Part shown: positions 36,648-47,339 of the stretch, in pieces | How the letters are laid out: each line of letters starts with the position of its first letter | How positions within the stretch are numbered: position 1 is the stretch's first letter | The notes under the pieces: generated by a model | Seen by the model: only the letters and a program-made list of their open reading frames with translations | What the model was told of the DNA's origin: nothing | The model's database searches: none | Made by a program: the position numbers and the translations under genes | Origin: a virus | Taxonomy: Duplodnaviria > Caudoviricetes | DNA length: 64,000 nucleotides | IMG/VR virus record: IMGVR_UViG_3300035512_000144 | Coordinates: 1 to 64,000 of that record | Direction: 5' to 3' (one strand)

Positions 36648-37799
36648 TTATGTGTTATTTGCAATTTCTTTGTCGTAATCGAAATATATCCCAGTAGATA
36701 TTTGGGCATCATCAATCAAAGTCTCATAAGAATCAGACTGGAAATTATCGAATCTAATTAGGCTCCATTTGTCGGTATCATTATCATATTTTGCGTAGTA
36801 AATATAATCATCTGTAGCTATGCAAAAATTTCTTGTTACAGAACTTGAATCATCTGTAAGGTCTATATTGCAATCTATCAGTTCTATATTTGAACCATCT
36901 TCGCTTATGGAAACCACGAATTTAGCTTTCCTGTGATCTATGCTGTAAAATTTCTTTTTAAAAAAAATAAGTTTATTCGACATGTGTGCCACAAGATAGT
37001 TGTTCGTTCCCTTTTTTTTCCATGTAATTCCATCGCTAGAAATATATACATAAGATGCTGTGTCATAATCGCTAGAACTGTTCAACAAATAAACACTTCC
37101 GCAAAAAATGAAATAATTTTCATTTGCTGCAAGTGAATAAGCTGAATTTCCATTATCATTTCCACCAGTCGTTTTAACAACTTTGGAGTCTTGAATTGTT
37201 ATAAGCTGTATTTTTTGCCCATCTGACCGATACGCATGAACTACTACAGTCGTACCGTTTTTTTCCACGCAATGACATATATTGAGTGCATTTGTCAAAT
37301 AACTTTCCACATCAAATGTATGTATTATGTTTGAAGTATTACTGTTTAAATCATATAAAAAAATATGTTTTTTTGTATATATAAGCAGTTTCTCATTGTG
37401 GGTTCCAATGCTCACTATTCCTTCCCCATTGTATAAATTGGAATCTAAGACTTTCCATGAGAACCAGTTTTCAGAGTACAATATTTTGTTATTGCCATCA
37501 GAAAAAAGTGTATTTCCTACTTTATATAAATGACATGCTCCAAAATTTCCGTGAATATAGCCCAAGTTATCAAACTTATCTCCAGTAACGGACTCATAAA
37601 CATACTGCGCATTACTATCTCCTGTTTTTCCAATCAACATGAAGTTAGGCGGCAATTTTTTCCATATAAGTTTCGAACCCTTATATAATTCATGGTGCAT
37701 CATAAGAACGTCATTGTTATGTTCTTCAAGTTTTGCAGGGAAATACAGATTTTTGTGGTCTTCCCCTTTATACATAAGTCTTGCTGTCTGTCTGCCCAT
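36648..37799 (-). CDS. Tail-associated beta-propeller-like protein
   Basis: SSDGITW-type repeats; AT-rich. Confidence 0.5.
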   Translation of the reverse strand: MGRQTARLMYKGEDHKNLYFPAKLEEHNNDVLMMHHELYKGSKLIWKKLPPNFMLIGKTGDSNAQYVYESVTGDKFDNLGYIHGNFGACHLYKVGNTLFSDGNNKILYSENWFSWKVLDSNLYNGEGIVSIGTHNEKLLIYTKKHIFLYDLNSNTSNIIHTFDVESYLTNALNICHCVEKNGTTVVVHAYRSDGQKIQLITIQDSKVVKTTGGNDNGNSAYSLAANENYFIFCGSVYLLNSSSDYDTASYVYISSDGITWKKKGTNNYLVAHMSNKLIFFKKKFYSIDHRKAKFVVSISEDGSNIELIDCNIDLTDDSSSVTRNFCIATDDYIYYAKYDNDTDKWSLIRFDNFQSDSYETLIDDAQISTGIYFDYDKEIANNT

Positions 37800-39196
37800 T
37801 ATTCAATCACTATCAATCCTTGTACTGCATATACTGTGTTTTCATCAAATGTTGTTGGAACTTCTGTAACAGAAACAAAATTCACTCCACTCCCTGTTCC
37901 ACTGCCATCAAAATCAGCAAACATATCATCTATCTCATCTTTACTGTACGCATAATCGGAGACGATTTTCTGCGCATCCTGACTGGTGTTTTTCTTTATG
38001 GTGTCAATCTGCGTCTGTAAGTCCGTAATAAACTCCGTCTGGTATTCTTCTCCATTGGCTGTGTAGGAGTCATTCAACGCTTGTATGCCTGTCAGTTCCC
38101 GACTCAAGATATAGAACGGCTCCTGTGTGTACACGATATCCGCGTTCGGGTCTTCCTCCTGCGCCTTGTAGGTGGATTCGTAATCAATCATGGTGTACGA
38201 TACAGCGTCTACGCCGCATTCCAGGAACGGCAAGCCGTTGTTTTGCGATGTGAACGGATGATAAGAAAAACCTTTCACGTTCTCGTAGATATTTTCTGCC
38301 ACTTCCAATAAAACACTGTTGGACAGTCCATATGTGAACATGTTTCCTTGAATGATGTAGTTGTTCGTACCGTCACCATAGGTGACTCCCTCATCGTCCT
38401 CGCTCTGCCGTATGGTCAGCTTGTCCACTGGCTTGACAATAAATTCCTCATAGTCAACGGACTTATAAAATCCAAACGCCTCGGCTTGTATCTCTCCGCC
38501 TGCCGCCTTGTTGACGCCAAGATGAAACGGAAGAAACAAGGGCAGATAAGCACCTCCTGATGCGATATTCTGCGACAAAATCCTATATTCAAACTCTCCG
38601 TCACGGTTGATAATTCCAAATGCACCGTTTATCTGACAGATAGCCTTTATCACGTTCAAGGACTGCAAAGTGTTTGGGTCATACTGCCGACTGATTTCCA
38701 AATCATCATTCGGAAGGTCTGTCTCTACCTGTGTCAGCCCGATATACCGAAACAGGCTGTCTCGGAAATCCCGAAGAGTAATCGGAAACGACAAGGATTT
38801 ATACCATGACGCAACCTCCACGCTCCCCTTGGTGTACAGTTCATCATAGGCTGTTATCTGCTTGATACGTTTATTACTCTGCTTTACCGCGCTGTCCACA
38901 ATTCCGTTAAACAGCGTGATAGGTTCGTCTGCGGTATCGTCCGTGTATATCTGCACTTCCAACCGCTGATTTTTTAATTCCTCAAATACCGCACTGACCT
39001 TGACCGAAAATGACGATGCGATACAGCCAACAAACTCAATAGAGTTATTCTCCAAAATGGACTCTTTCAGTTTCATGGACTCTTGATAAATCTGCTTGTG
39101 CGGCACCGTCAAATCCAAATCGGGGAAATACAGCACAAGGTTCTTATGCACACTGTTTAGCTTGTATTCACTTTTGACTGTATCTGAAACTTGCAT
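37799..39196 (-). CDS. Tail-associated (Tal-like) baseplate protein
   Basis: Position after Dit; GCIASSFSV; ICQINGAFGIINRDGEF. Confidence 0.65.
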   Translation of the reverse strand: MQVSDTVKSEYKLNSVHKNLVLYFPDLDLTVPHKQIYQESMKLKESILENNSIEFVGCIASSFSVKVSAVFEELKNQRLEVQIYTDDTADEPITLFNGIVDSAVKQSNKRIKQITAYDELYTKGSVEVASWYKSLSFPITLRDFRDSLFRYIGLTQVETDLPNDDLEISRQYDPNTLQSLNVIKAICQINGAFGIINRDGEFEYRILSQNIASGGAYLPLFLPFHLGVNKAAGGEIQAEAFGFYKSVDYEEFIVKPVDKLTIRQSEDDEGVTYGDGTNNYIIQGNMFTYGLSNSVLLEVAENIYENVKGFSYHPFTSQNNGLPFLECGVDAVSYTMIDYESTYKAQEEDPNADIVYTQEPFYILSRELTGIQALNDSYTANGEEYQTEFITDLQTQIDTIKKNTSQDAQKIVSDYAYSKDEIDDMFADFDGSGTGSGVNFVSVTEVPTTFDENTVYAVQGLIVIE

Positions 39197-39213
39197 ATCT
39201 CCCGCCCCTAGTC

Positions 39214-39609
39214 CTAGTATTCAACAAATTTGAAATGTGTTTCCTTGTAAAACTTAACGCCGTCAACCACGGAATAAAGCCCGAATTTCAAGTTTGAGTC
39301 AATGTAGAAATGCCCTGTCTTTAATTTCCCTGTTTCCGGGTCATAGTAGGTACACTGTGCGTCTCTCTCGTTGTAATTGATATAACTGCCAGTAATAGCG
39401 TCCATGAGTTTCCGCATCTGCGGTTCTCTCAACATCTTCACATCAAATTCAACCGTAGTTGCCGTGTGACTAAGTGCCGTCCTTTGCAACACGCCGTCCG
39501 CATCTCGGTAGCTGTCCAAATCCTGCCTTGCATTTGGCGTTATGTCATAACTCTCCGCACGTATCAAATATGTAAAATCTGCATTCCCAAACCTGAAAAC
39601 ATTTTCCAT
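39214..39609 (-). CDS. Distal tail (Dit-like) protein
   Basis: QDLDSYRDADGVLQR; synteny. Confidence 0.6.
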   Translation of the reverse strand: MENVFRFGNADFTYLIRAESYDITPNARQDLDSYRDADGVLQRTALSHTATTVEFDVKMLREPQMRKLMDAITGSYINYNERDAQCTYYDPETGKLKTGHFYIDSNLKFGLYSVVDGVKFYKETHFKFVEY

Positions 39610-39681
39610 CTATGCTTTCTCCCTGTTTTTGCGCACAAAAAAGACACCTACCATTGGTAGATGCCTATATGTCCTCATATA

Positions 39682-39709
39682 TGAAAAGAGAGTGCCGAAA
39701 CACTCTCTT
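39682..39709 (-). terminator. Intrinsic terminator of the moron
   Basis: GAGAGTG-TTTCGG-CACTCTC-TTTT directly after the FtsK stop. Confidence 0.8.
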
Positions 39710-41684
39710 ATTTTATCCATTCTTCAACTAACTGTTCAAATTCTTCTGCCGTCATAAGTATCTTTCGCGGCTTTGTTCCTTCTTCTTCTCCAACAACACC
39801 AAAATCACAAAGCTGGTCTAAAATGCGTGCTGCCCTGTTAAAGCCTATCTTGAAAACTCTCTGTAACATTCCTATGTAGGCTTTATCACGCTCTATTACA
39901 TATCTTCCTGCGTCTACAAACAATGGGTCAAATTCCGAATCAAAATTTCCTCCGGAGCCGATATCCATTTTTTTAATCTGTTCCTCTACATCATCGCTGT
40001 AAACATTTCCTATTGATTGATTTATCAAAAAATCAACAACGTCTGCCACTTCTCTTTCAGAAATAAACGCACCCTGCGCACGAATTGGTTTCGGATAGAG
40101 CCACGGATAAAGCATTAAATCGCCTTTCCCGAAAAGATGTTCTGCTCCATATTCACCTATAACATTTCTCGAATCTCTAGCTGTTGGCAGTTTGAAAACC
40201 ATTTTGCTCGGAATGTCACGTTTGATATTATTCGTAAGAATATTGGAATTAGTTGACCGTGTGGAAACAATCAAATGTATTCCTGCCGACCTTCCCATTT
40301 GTGCCAATTTGCAAATATTTTCTTCGATTTCTGCCGGATAAGTGAGCATTAAATCAGTCAACTCATTTACAATTATCAAAATCTCCGGCAATTTCCTTTG
40401 TGTTTCTGGGTCGCCTGTTTCCCTCATGCTCTCCACTTTTTTGTTATATCCTTTTAAGTCTCGCACGTAGAAATATCCAAACTTCTTGTAACGGTCAGTC
40501 ATCTCCGCCACACCCCAGTGCAATGCAGAAACAGCCTTCTTAGGGTCTGTCACAACCGGAATCAAGAGATGCGGAATCCCATTGTAAATATTCAAGTTGA
40601 CAATTTTAGGGTCTATCAGAATCATTTTCACATTATCCGGATGCGCTTTGTACAAAATGCTCATAATAATTGTATCAATGCAAACAGATTTTCCGGAGCC
40701 TGTCTCTCCCGCAATCAGAAGATGTGGCATTTTGGAAATGTCAGTCAATACAATCTGACCGCTGACATCTTTACCAACGGCAAACGCAAGATTGGATGGA
40801 AACTCTTTAAATTCTTTTGACTCTACTAAATCGCGGAAACAAACCACCGCATTCTCTTTGTTTGGAATATCAATTCCAACTGCCGCTTTTCCCGGAATAG
40901 GAGCCTCAATACGAATGTCCGTAGCTGCAAGATTCAACTTAATATCATTTGCAAGTCCAACAATCTTACTGACCCTAACGCCCTGTTGCGGTTGCATCTC
41001 ATATCTTGTAAAAGATGAACCTTGGTCGATATCTGTTATAGTGACTCTTACTCCAAAATTTTCTAAAGTCTGTTGTAAAAGTGCCGCCGTCTCGCGTAGT
41101 TCCTTTTCTGTTGTTCCTCCGACTCTGCACTTTCCCTTTGCCAACAAACTGACTGGTGGGAATTTGTATTCTTTTTTAACTTCACGTTCTTTTTGGTTTT
41201 CCTCTTTGTGTTCTTCTTTTTCGCCTATGTTTTCTTCATGGATTTCCTCTTTTGTTTCTTCTTGTGTTTCGTTGCTTTCTATTTTTTCATTTACGTCTTT
41301 TTCTTCTACCGGAGAATCACACTTCGCCTCATTTTCAATTTGAGGTTCCGGCACCGGATTATCTTCCGAAATATTTATGTTATGTTCTTCTATATCTTCA
41401 TCAATAGCATTTGGAGTGGTATTTTCAACACACTCTAAATATGCAGACACGGCATTTTCTGTATATGTGCCACGTTGCGTATGTGGTTTTGATACATTCT
41501 CTTTTTTATTCGCAAAATGTTTTCTTCTCCTAGCGGAATTTGGAATAGATAATACTACTTTATATAGAAGATACACAACAAAAATCAAAACAGCATAAGG
41601 CAAAACGGCTTTTACAGCATTGAAAATCCATTCAACCGCATAAATAAGCATTCCGAGTAAGAATAAATCAAATAGAAATTCCAT
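39708..41684 (-). CDS. Membrane-anchored FtsK/SpoIIIE-like protein (TM + acidic linker + motor + gamma)
   Basis: PPVSLL; RIEAPIPGK; PHLLIAGETGSGKS; LIDPK; gamma LQRVFKIGFNRAARI; Walker B reads IIVNE. Confidence 0.92.
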   Translation of the reverse strand: MEFLFDLFLLGMLIYAVEWIFNAVKAVLPYAVLIFVVYLLYKVVLSIPNSARRRKHFANKKENVSKPHTQRGTYTENAVSAYLECVENTTPNAIDEDIEEHNINISEDNPVPEPQIENEAKCDSPVEEKDVNEKIESNETQEETKEEIHEENIGEKEEHKEENQKEREVKKEYKFPPVSLLAKGKCRVGGTTEKELRETAALLQQTLENFGVRVTITDIDQGSSFTRYEMQPQQGVRVSKIVGLANDIKLNLAATDIRIEAPIPGKAAVGIDIPNKENAVVCFRDLVESKEFKEFPSNLAFAVGKDVSGQIVLTDISKMPHLLIAGETGSGKSVCIDTIIMSILYKAHPDNVKMILIDPKIVNLNIYNGIPHLLIPVVTDPKKAVSALHWGVAEMTDRYKKFGYFYVRDLKGYNKKVESMRETGDPETQRKLPEILIIVNELTDLMLTYPAEIEENICKLAQMGRSAGIHLIVSTRSTNSNILTNNIKRDIPSKMVFKLPTARDSRNVIGEYGAEHLFGKGDLMLYPWLYPKPIRAQGAFISEREVADVVDFLINQSIGNVYSDDVEEQIKKMDIGSGGNFDSEFDPLFVDAGRYVIERDKAYIGMLQRVFKIGFNRAARILDQLCDFGVVGEEEGTKPRKILMTAEEFEQLVEEWIK

Positions 41685-41715
41685 AATTTAGCCCCTTTTC
41701 TTTTGTAAGGTAAAA

Positions 41716-42651
41716 TTATTGCAATACTATGACTACTCTTTCATCGCTCCATGAATTAGTCTCATACTCTAATTCTATGCTCTGTGCGTCTTTAGGAACT
41801 TCAAAATAAACCTTAAAGCTGACGTTCCTGCCGCTTGACAAGTTCGTGTTCATAAAGTCGTTATCGTCAAGCCCGTATGTTTGGTCGCAAGTGGCGTTAT
41901 CTGCGTAACAATCAAAATCATATAGACTGACATATTTGTCAGAATCAGAATTATTCTCAAATGTAACTGATACCATAATGTACTTGTCACCGCTGTTAGG
42001 CGTGTGCCAACCATATGTATCATCATAGTCTGTAAAGTCCAAATCCGCACTGTTAATAGTGACTTTTAAACCGTTATGTTCAAATGAATCTCCAACGTAT
42101 ACAACATCTTTTCCTGTTGTACTTTGACTGACTTCCTCTGTTTCTTCTTCCTCCGTTTCCTCAACCGCTGTATATGTTGTTTCATCAACTGTGCTTTCTT
42201 CTATCTTGCTCTCCGGCACATTGTTTCTTTCTGCCGTTGTATCTTGCTCACTTATGACTTGCTGTGAGGTGCTTGTCTGCGTGGTACTGGTTGTGCTATC
42301 AACGCTACTTCCTATCTTTATTAGCAGCACCAATAAAAGCATCACGATCGACACACCTATCGCAATTTTGGAACACGTTTTCTTTGTATCATCATCTTTT
42401 CTAAGGTCTATAATCGCCAAAACAAGACCTATAATTGCAAACTTCCCAAGAAACGAAAATACCAACGCCACAATTCCTAGAATTGACATTTTCGGTTCTT
42501 CTGGAATATAAGGCTTTATTTCCTGCGTGTTTGTGGCTTGAAAGCTGCTCGACATTATAGGGCAACCGCAGTTAGGACACGCATTAGCCAAATCACTTAT
42601 TTCTTTACCACATTCCGGACATTTAATCATTGACATAACATTTTCCCCCAT
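41716..42651 (-). CDS. Zinc-ribbon + TM + DUF4352-like extracellular domain (superinfection-exclusion-like moron)
   Basis: CPECG..CPNCG; two TMs; Thr/Glu-rich linker; GRNVSFKVYFEVP. Confidence 0.7.
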   Translation of the reverse strand: MGENVMSMIKCPECGKEISDLANACPNCGCPIMSSSFQATNTQEIKPYIPEEPKMSILGIVALVFSFLGKFAIIGLVLAIIDLRKDDDTKKTCSKIAIGVSIVMLLLVLLIKIGSSVDSTTSTTQTSTSQQVISEQDTTAERNNVPESKIEESTVDETTYTAVEETEEEETEEVSQSTTGKDVVYVGDSFEHNGLKVTINSADLDFTDYDDTYGWHTPNSGDKYIMVSVTFENNSDSDKYVSLYDFDCYADNATCDQTYGLDDNDFMNTNLSSGRNVSFKVYFEVPKDAQSIELEYETNSWSDERVVIVLQ

Positions 42652-42671
42652 GAAAGTAAGTTTTCTTACAA

Positions 42672-42701
42672 TTATACTACTTACATGGGGGAATTGTCAA
42701 A
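42672..42701 (-). promoter_or_regulatory. Consensus sigmaA promoter of the moron
   Basis: TTGACA-18 nt-TATAAT on the minus strand. Confidence 0.8.
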
Positions 42702-42728
42702 AATCATAATATATTGGAGCGAAATATT

Positions 42729-45700
42729 CTAATGTTGAAACATTCCACGCCCAGTCCGTTTGTAATACTCTCCGTCCTGTTTGGAAAGAGTCTTTCCTAA
42801 CTGTGTGCCGTCCATCTCAATTACTTTTCCGTCCTGCACAGCAGAAATCAACTGTTTCAGCAGATTATTTGTTTCTGCGCTGTCGTTCACGTAAGAATTA
42901 TCAACGTAAGAATTAGAACTATAATTCGGCACTCCTGCCAGTGCAACATCATAAGTGCTATACATGGTGTTTGCAAGCTGCATTTGCGGTTTCTGAATGT
43001 CAAGGCTAAACTGTTGTAAAGAGTTCTCAACGTCACCGTAAAGACCCTCCAAACCTATTTTATATCCCTCCATTGTGTAATCTCCAAGAGACTCAAACAC
43101 TTTTGAAGGACTGTGTATCTGCAAAACGGATTTGAACTTATTCGTAATGTTGCTTGCAATATTGCTTACTGTATTTAATACCGTTTGTGCGCCCGAACTG
43201 ATACCGCTTAACAGACCGGACATAAGGTTTGTTCCTATGGTCTTGAAATTGCTCACAATAGATGTAAACTTTGATGTCATATTGCTTGCAAATGACTGTA
43301 CCAAATTTCCAATTTCAGAGAACTTCTCCTTAAATCCTTCTAGTACACCAAGTAAGATGTTTTGTCCATATGGCATCATATTTTTTGAAGGCGAGTGCAT
43401 ATCAAAAACACTACTGATTGAATTGCATAACCTTGTGAAGAATCCCTCTGATGCGCCGTCCGTATCAGCATTCTCCATACCCTTTGTAATGCCATAAGCG
43501 ATATTATCGCTCATAATCTCCAACCCTTGATTGGTGTTCTCTGCCTCTGTATCTATGTCTTTCAGCTTTTGGATATATGAATCCATGCCATCAATTGTAG
43601 CTTGACTAAAAAACTGCTGCGCCTCATCTGTCATGCCTGCCAAAACATCTTTTGATAATTTACCGTTGGTTTCAATTTCTGAAAATCCATTAGCAATATC
43701 TCTCAATGTCTGCGGTGTAGCGTCATACAGTCCAAACGTATCTGCCATTTCGCCCAATAGCGGATTAGTGTCAAGTGTTGTCTGACGCAACATTTCCATA
43801 TCATCATTGGTTAGGCTAAATCGTTCTCTAAGCTGCTCAAACTGTTCATCTGTGTATATCGCGCCGTCTGAGATGTTTGACATTGCCTTTTCAAGTGCAA
43901 CGCCCTGTCCTGTCACAGTATCAGCGGCAAATCCATATCCCTCCAATCCGTTTTTAGCACTTGTTATGAGGTCTTTAAATGCTTGAAAATCTCCCGAAAG
44001 TCCCTCATATCTATCTGACATAAGTTCTGTTTGCGTTGAATTGTAATTCAATGCGTCTGCCAAATCGTAAATCTTATCTTTCAAAAATTCCAATTCGACA
44101 TATCCTGCCGCCGCAGCAATTAGACCAGTGATCGCAGTTGAAAGCAAACTGCAAGATGCCGCCGTAGTTTCCATACCTCCTGCCGATGCCGCCGCTCCAC
44201 CACTAGCACCAAAAAATGACAAAAATGCTTTTATAGTAGTCAATACACCAGTTACAGCACTTATAGCACTATAACCAAGTAATGCTACTTTTAATCCAAT
44301 CAGTGCTCCTACTATAAGTTCTAAGGCATTAGCAACATCTTCTGCATCAACGCTATCCATCCAATCTTCAATAGCTTTTAAAAAGTTGTCAAATGCCTCA
44401 CTATTTACAAAATCAGCAAGTGCATCTGAAACTCTATCAATAAATATGATAAGACCCTCTCCGACTGTTTCTGCAAAAGGCTCTAGGTGTTGCCAAAACT
44501 CTGACAAACTTTCTCTAAGTGCAGACCAGTCAACCTTTTCGTTGAAGTCAATGAATACTTGCAATAAATCCGGCAGGCCTTTTTCTAATACCCACTTTCC
44601 TAACGGAAGTAATACTTCTGTATAAAAATCCGTTATAACTCCGCTTAAAGCATCAAATACTGGAATGAGTGAGCGTGTCCATTCTTCTATCTTTGTAAGT
44701 AATGGACTAAAATCAATATTTTTCGACCACTCAACCGTAGCCTCTACCGCCTCATGGATATTATGAATTACAACAGCTATGATATCTCGAATATTCTCCA
44801 AGATATGCAGCCCTGTTTTGTTTTCTTCCCATGCAAGTCTGAAATTGTGTGCAAGATTTCCAACAATCTGCCCTATATCTCCTATGATATGTAGGATTTC
44901 TTCAAACATTTTCACTGTTGCGTCTTGATTCCAAACAGTCAGAAAATCTTTTCCGATAGATTTTATTAAATCCCATACTTCTTTAAGGGCATATTTCCAG
45001 GAATCCATGACATACTTTCCTACTTTGTTCCATGCCTTTTTAAGAGGCGCGAATAAATCAGAAAGAATATCTTTTATTTTATCAGCAATATCAAGCCACT
45101 TGCTGTCAATCGGAACTTCCTCGAACATATCTGCCGCGCTTGTGCCGGAAGAATCCTGCGTGGTGAGATTGTTCAGTGCATCAAAAGGCTGTAATGCTCC
45201 CTTTGCCGTTTTTGCTGCACTTGCGATACTGTCTCTGTAATCGTCTGTAAGTTCCTTTGCTCTTGTCCATGTGGTTTTTCCAGTCAGCGCAGACAACAAC
45301 TGGTTTACAGCATTTGCCGCCTTTATGCACAACTGGATAATGTAATTCAGTGCAGGGGCAAAAGCATTCAGCAACGGTGATACAGCCGCCGCAAATGAGT
45401 TTTTCAACTGGTTCAGAGAGTTCATCAAAAGTGACATACTTGCGTTCACGCTGTCACTGTACTGCGCAAGGTTCTGAAAGCCTGTCTTAACGCCGTCAAT
45501 AATGCCTCTCAATGCCATGCGGACAACCATCAATTTGAGCATCTTTGTGGTCTTGAAAAGGCTCTTAGTAAGACTCTCGCTTGTGCCGGACAAACCGCTT
45601 AACGCTTTCCGCGCAAGTCTAGCCGGAGAAACGATTGACAGTATCTTTTTCCCAAATGCAGCTATCTTACTACCGACTTTTGAAAGAGTAGATTGCAAAG

Positions 45701-46811
45701 ACCTAAGATTGCTTTCCAGTGACTTAACAGCGTCCGAACCGCCAATATTCCACTGTGTAGCACCGCCGGACAATTCCAGTTTGTCCTGCTCATTGTATAA
45801 ATCCTTAAGCTTTTGAGTAGTCTGCTCAATGTCATACTGCATTTTGCGGTATGTAGTGGTACTTTCAAACTTTGCGTTGGTCGCTCGTCCACGTGCTAAC
45901 TGTGCGTTCAATGTAGCAAGTGTCTTTTCCGTCTTTGTAATCTGATTCTGTAATTCTACATATTCCTGTGTGTAGGATTTCAGACCGCTTTGTACAAATG
46001 TATTTTCTAATCTTCCTTTTAACTCTAAAAAACGTTCTTGTATGCTATATCCGACTTCTTTCAATTTTCCAAGTGAATCAGAAAATCTACTTGATTCTGC
46101 TGTTGGTTCTGTGAATGCCTGTGTTGCCGTCTGTGAAAAATTAGCAAGAGTCATGTCTATCTCTTGAATAGGCACTTTTACTTGCTCAAAACTTTCTTCG
46201 ACTGCTGGAATTTCTTCTTCAACCTTATGCAAATTTGCGTACCAAACGTCAAATTCTTCTTGACTGCTCCACTGTGGCACAAATTCTTTCGTCTTTGATA
46301 CCTGTGATTGCACCGCCTCAATCATATTAGAGTATTTCTGAATATCTCTAATAGCATCTTCATACGCTTGACTATCAACCTTACCGCCAGTCTCTAACGC
46401 CTGCTTTTTGAGTTTGGCATTTTCTAGTGCATTAGAATACTTCTCAATCTGTTTCTGCGCTGCGTCAGACGTTCCGTGAAACTGAAAATCCTTGCCTAAA
46501 TCCTTGTATTTTTCCGAGAAAATCTTTGACAATTCCTCGGCACTCTTTTTGACTTTCTCAATCGGGGCTTTTGCCTGCTCCATAGATTTACCGATAGAAC
46601 TAGACGCAGATTTCGCCTGCGCAGATACATCTTTCATGCTTTCAGATGCCTGCTGTGATGCCGCAGATATCTCTTTTAAGCCCTCTGCCCCGAAAGCATT
46701 TTGAAGTGCGTCTGATACAACTTTGAGTTTTCTCGAAAGGTCATTTAACGCCTTTTCAGCGTCATCTGCCTCTGCTTTAATCTTGATACTTAAATCCGGC
46801 ATATCAAACAC
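42729..46811 (-). CDS. Tape measure protein
   Basis: 1360 aa, helical, Trp-periodic repeats, FDALNNL motif; follows the chaperones. Confidence 0.92.
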   Translation of the reverse strand: MFDMPDLSIKIKAEADDAEKALNDLSRKLKVVSDALQNAFGAEGLKEISAASQQASESMKDVSAQAKSASSSIGKSMEQAKAPIEKVKKSAEELSKIFSEKYKDLGKDFQFHGTSDAAQKQIEKYSNALENAKLKKQALETGGKVDSQAYEDAIRDIQKYSNMIEAVQSQVSKTKEFVPQWSSQEEFDVWYANLHKVEEEIPAVEESFEQVKVPIQEIDMTLANFSQTATQAFTEPTAESSRFSDSLGKLKEVGYSIQERFLELKGRLENTFVQSGLKSYTQEYVELQNQITKTEKTLATLNAQLARGRATNAKFESTTTYRKMQYDIEQTTQKLKDLYNEQDKLELSGGATQWNIGGSDAVKSLESNLRSLQSTLSKVGSKIAAFGKKILSIVSPARLARKALSGLSGTSESLTKSLFKTTKMLKLMVVRMALRGIIDGVKTGFQNLAQYSDSVNASMSLLMNSLNQLKNSFAAAVSPLLNAFAPALNYIIQLCIKAANAVNQLLSALTGKTTWTRAKELTDDYRDSIASAAKTAKGALQPFDALNNLTTQDSSGTSAADMFEEVPIDSKWLDIADKIKDILSDLFAPLKKAWNKVGKYVMDSWKYALKEVWDLIKSIGKDFLTVWNQDATVKMFEEILHIIGDIGQIVGNLAHNFRLAWEENKTGLHILENIRDIIAVVIHNIHEAVEATVEWSKNIDFSPLLTKIEEWTRSLIPVFDALSGVITDFYTEVLLPLGKWVLEKGLPDLLQVFIDFNEKVDWSALRESLSEFWQHLEPFAETVGEGLIIFIDRVSDALADFVNSEAFDNFLKAIEDWMDSVDAEDVANALELIVGALIGLKVALLGYSAISAVTGVLTTIKAFLSFFGASGGAAASAGGMETTAASCSLLSTAITGLIAAAAGYVELEFLKDKIYDLADALNYNSTQTELMSDRYEGLSGDFQAFKDLITSAKNGLEGYGFAADTVTGQGVALEKAMSNISDGAIYTDEQFEQLRERFSLTNDDMEMLRQTTLDTNPLLGEMADTFGLYDATPQTLRDIANGFSEIETNGKLSKDVLAGMTDEAQQFFSQATIDGMDSYIQKLKDIDTEAENTNQGLEIMSDNIAYGITKGMENADTDGASEGFFTRLCNSISSVFDMHSPSKNMMPYGQNILLGVLEGFKEKFSEIGNLVQSFASNMTSKFTSIVSNFKTIGTNLMSGLLSGISSGAQTVLNTVSNIASNITNKFKSVLQIHSPSKVFESLGDYTMEGYKIGLEGLYGDVENSLQQFSLDIQKPQMQLANTMYSTYDVALAGVPNYSSNSYVDNSYVNDSAETNNLLKQLISAVQDGKVIEMDGTQLGKTLSKQDGEYYKRTGRGMFQH

Positions 46812-46941
46812 ACCTCACATTCCGTGTATAGAAAAATAGCAGAAATACCAAGTAAGTCTACTCCGCGTCACCTCTGCGCTTTTCGGCTTGTAGATTTTGG
46901 TATTTCCGCTAATGAAATAGGTGACAGGCTGTGACACGCTA

Positions 46942-47319
46942 TCACCCTTGCTTTTGACCTGCTTTGAAGTTCGCCTCCATGCGTGTTAACTTCGCCGCAA
47001 ATCTCTCCCGTTGTTTCTCAATTTCTTCTTCTGTAAGTTCGCCATTACTCTTTTGTTCGTCTAAATCATATGGGGATTCGGGATATTGATACGGTTTCTG
47101 ACCGCGCCTCTTGAACATATTTCCTACTGTTGCCATGAGCGCGTCCATGAAATACCGCCCTTGCAGATACGCGACACAGTTCTCAATCTGCATATCGTCT
47201 TTTTTCTTCTCGGCATATCCGTCCGCAATCGCCTGTATGATTCTCGGATTCATGTGCCAAAAATCTTCCCAAGAAATCCCCAGCTTGTATGCGTTTTTAA
47301 ACCATTCTTTTTCAAACAT
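46942..47319 (-). CDS. Tail assembly chaperone, C-terminal (T) part
   Basis: GISWEDFWHMNPR; its frame is open back to the slippery site. Confidence 0.75.
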   Translation of the reverse strand: MFEKEWFKNAYKLGISWEDFWHMNPRIIQAIADGYAEKKKDDMQIENCVAYLQGRYFMDALMATVGNMFKRRGQKPYQYPESPYDLDEQKSNGELTEEEIEKQRERFAAKLTRMEANFKAGQKQG

Positions 47320-47339
47320 GTCTTTTGCAGATGTGTAGG

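Noticed and set aside
35191-39196. A second remote VR in other tail genes
   Set aside because: No TR-like sequence was seen by eye; an alignment would be needed to exclude it fully.
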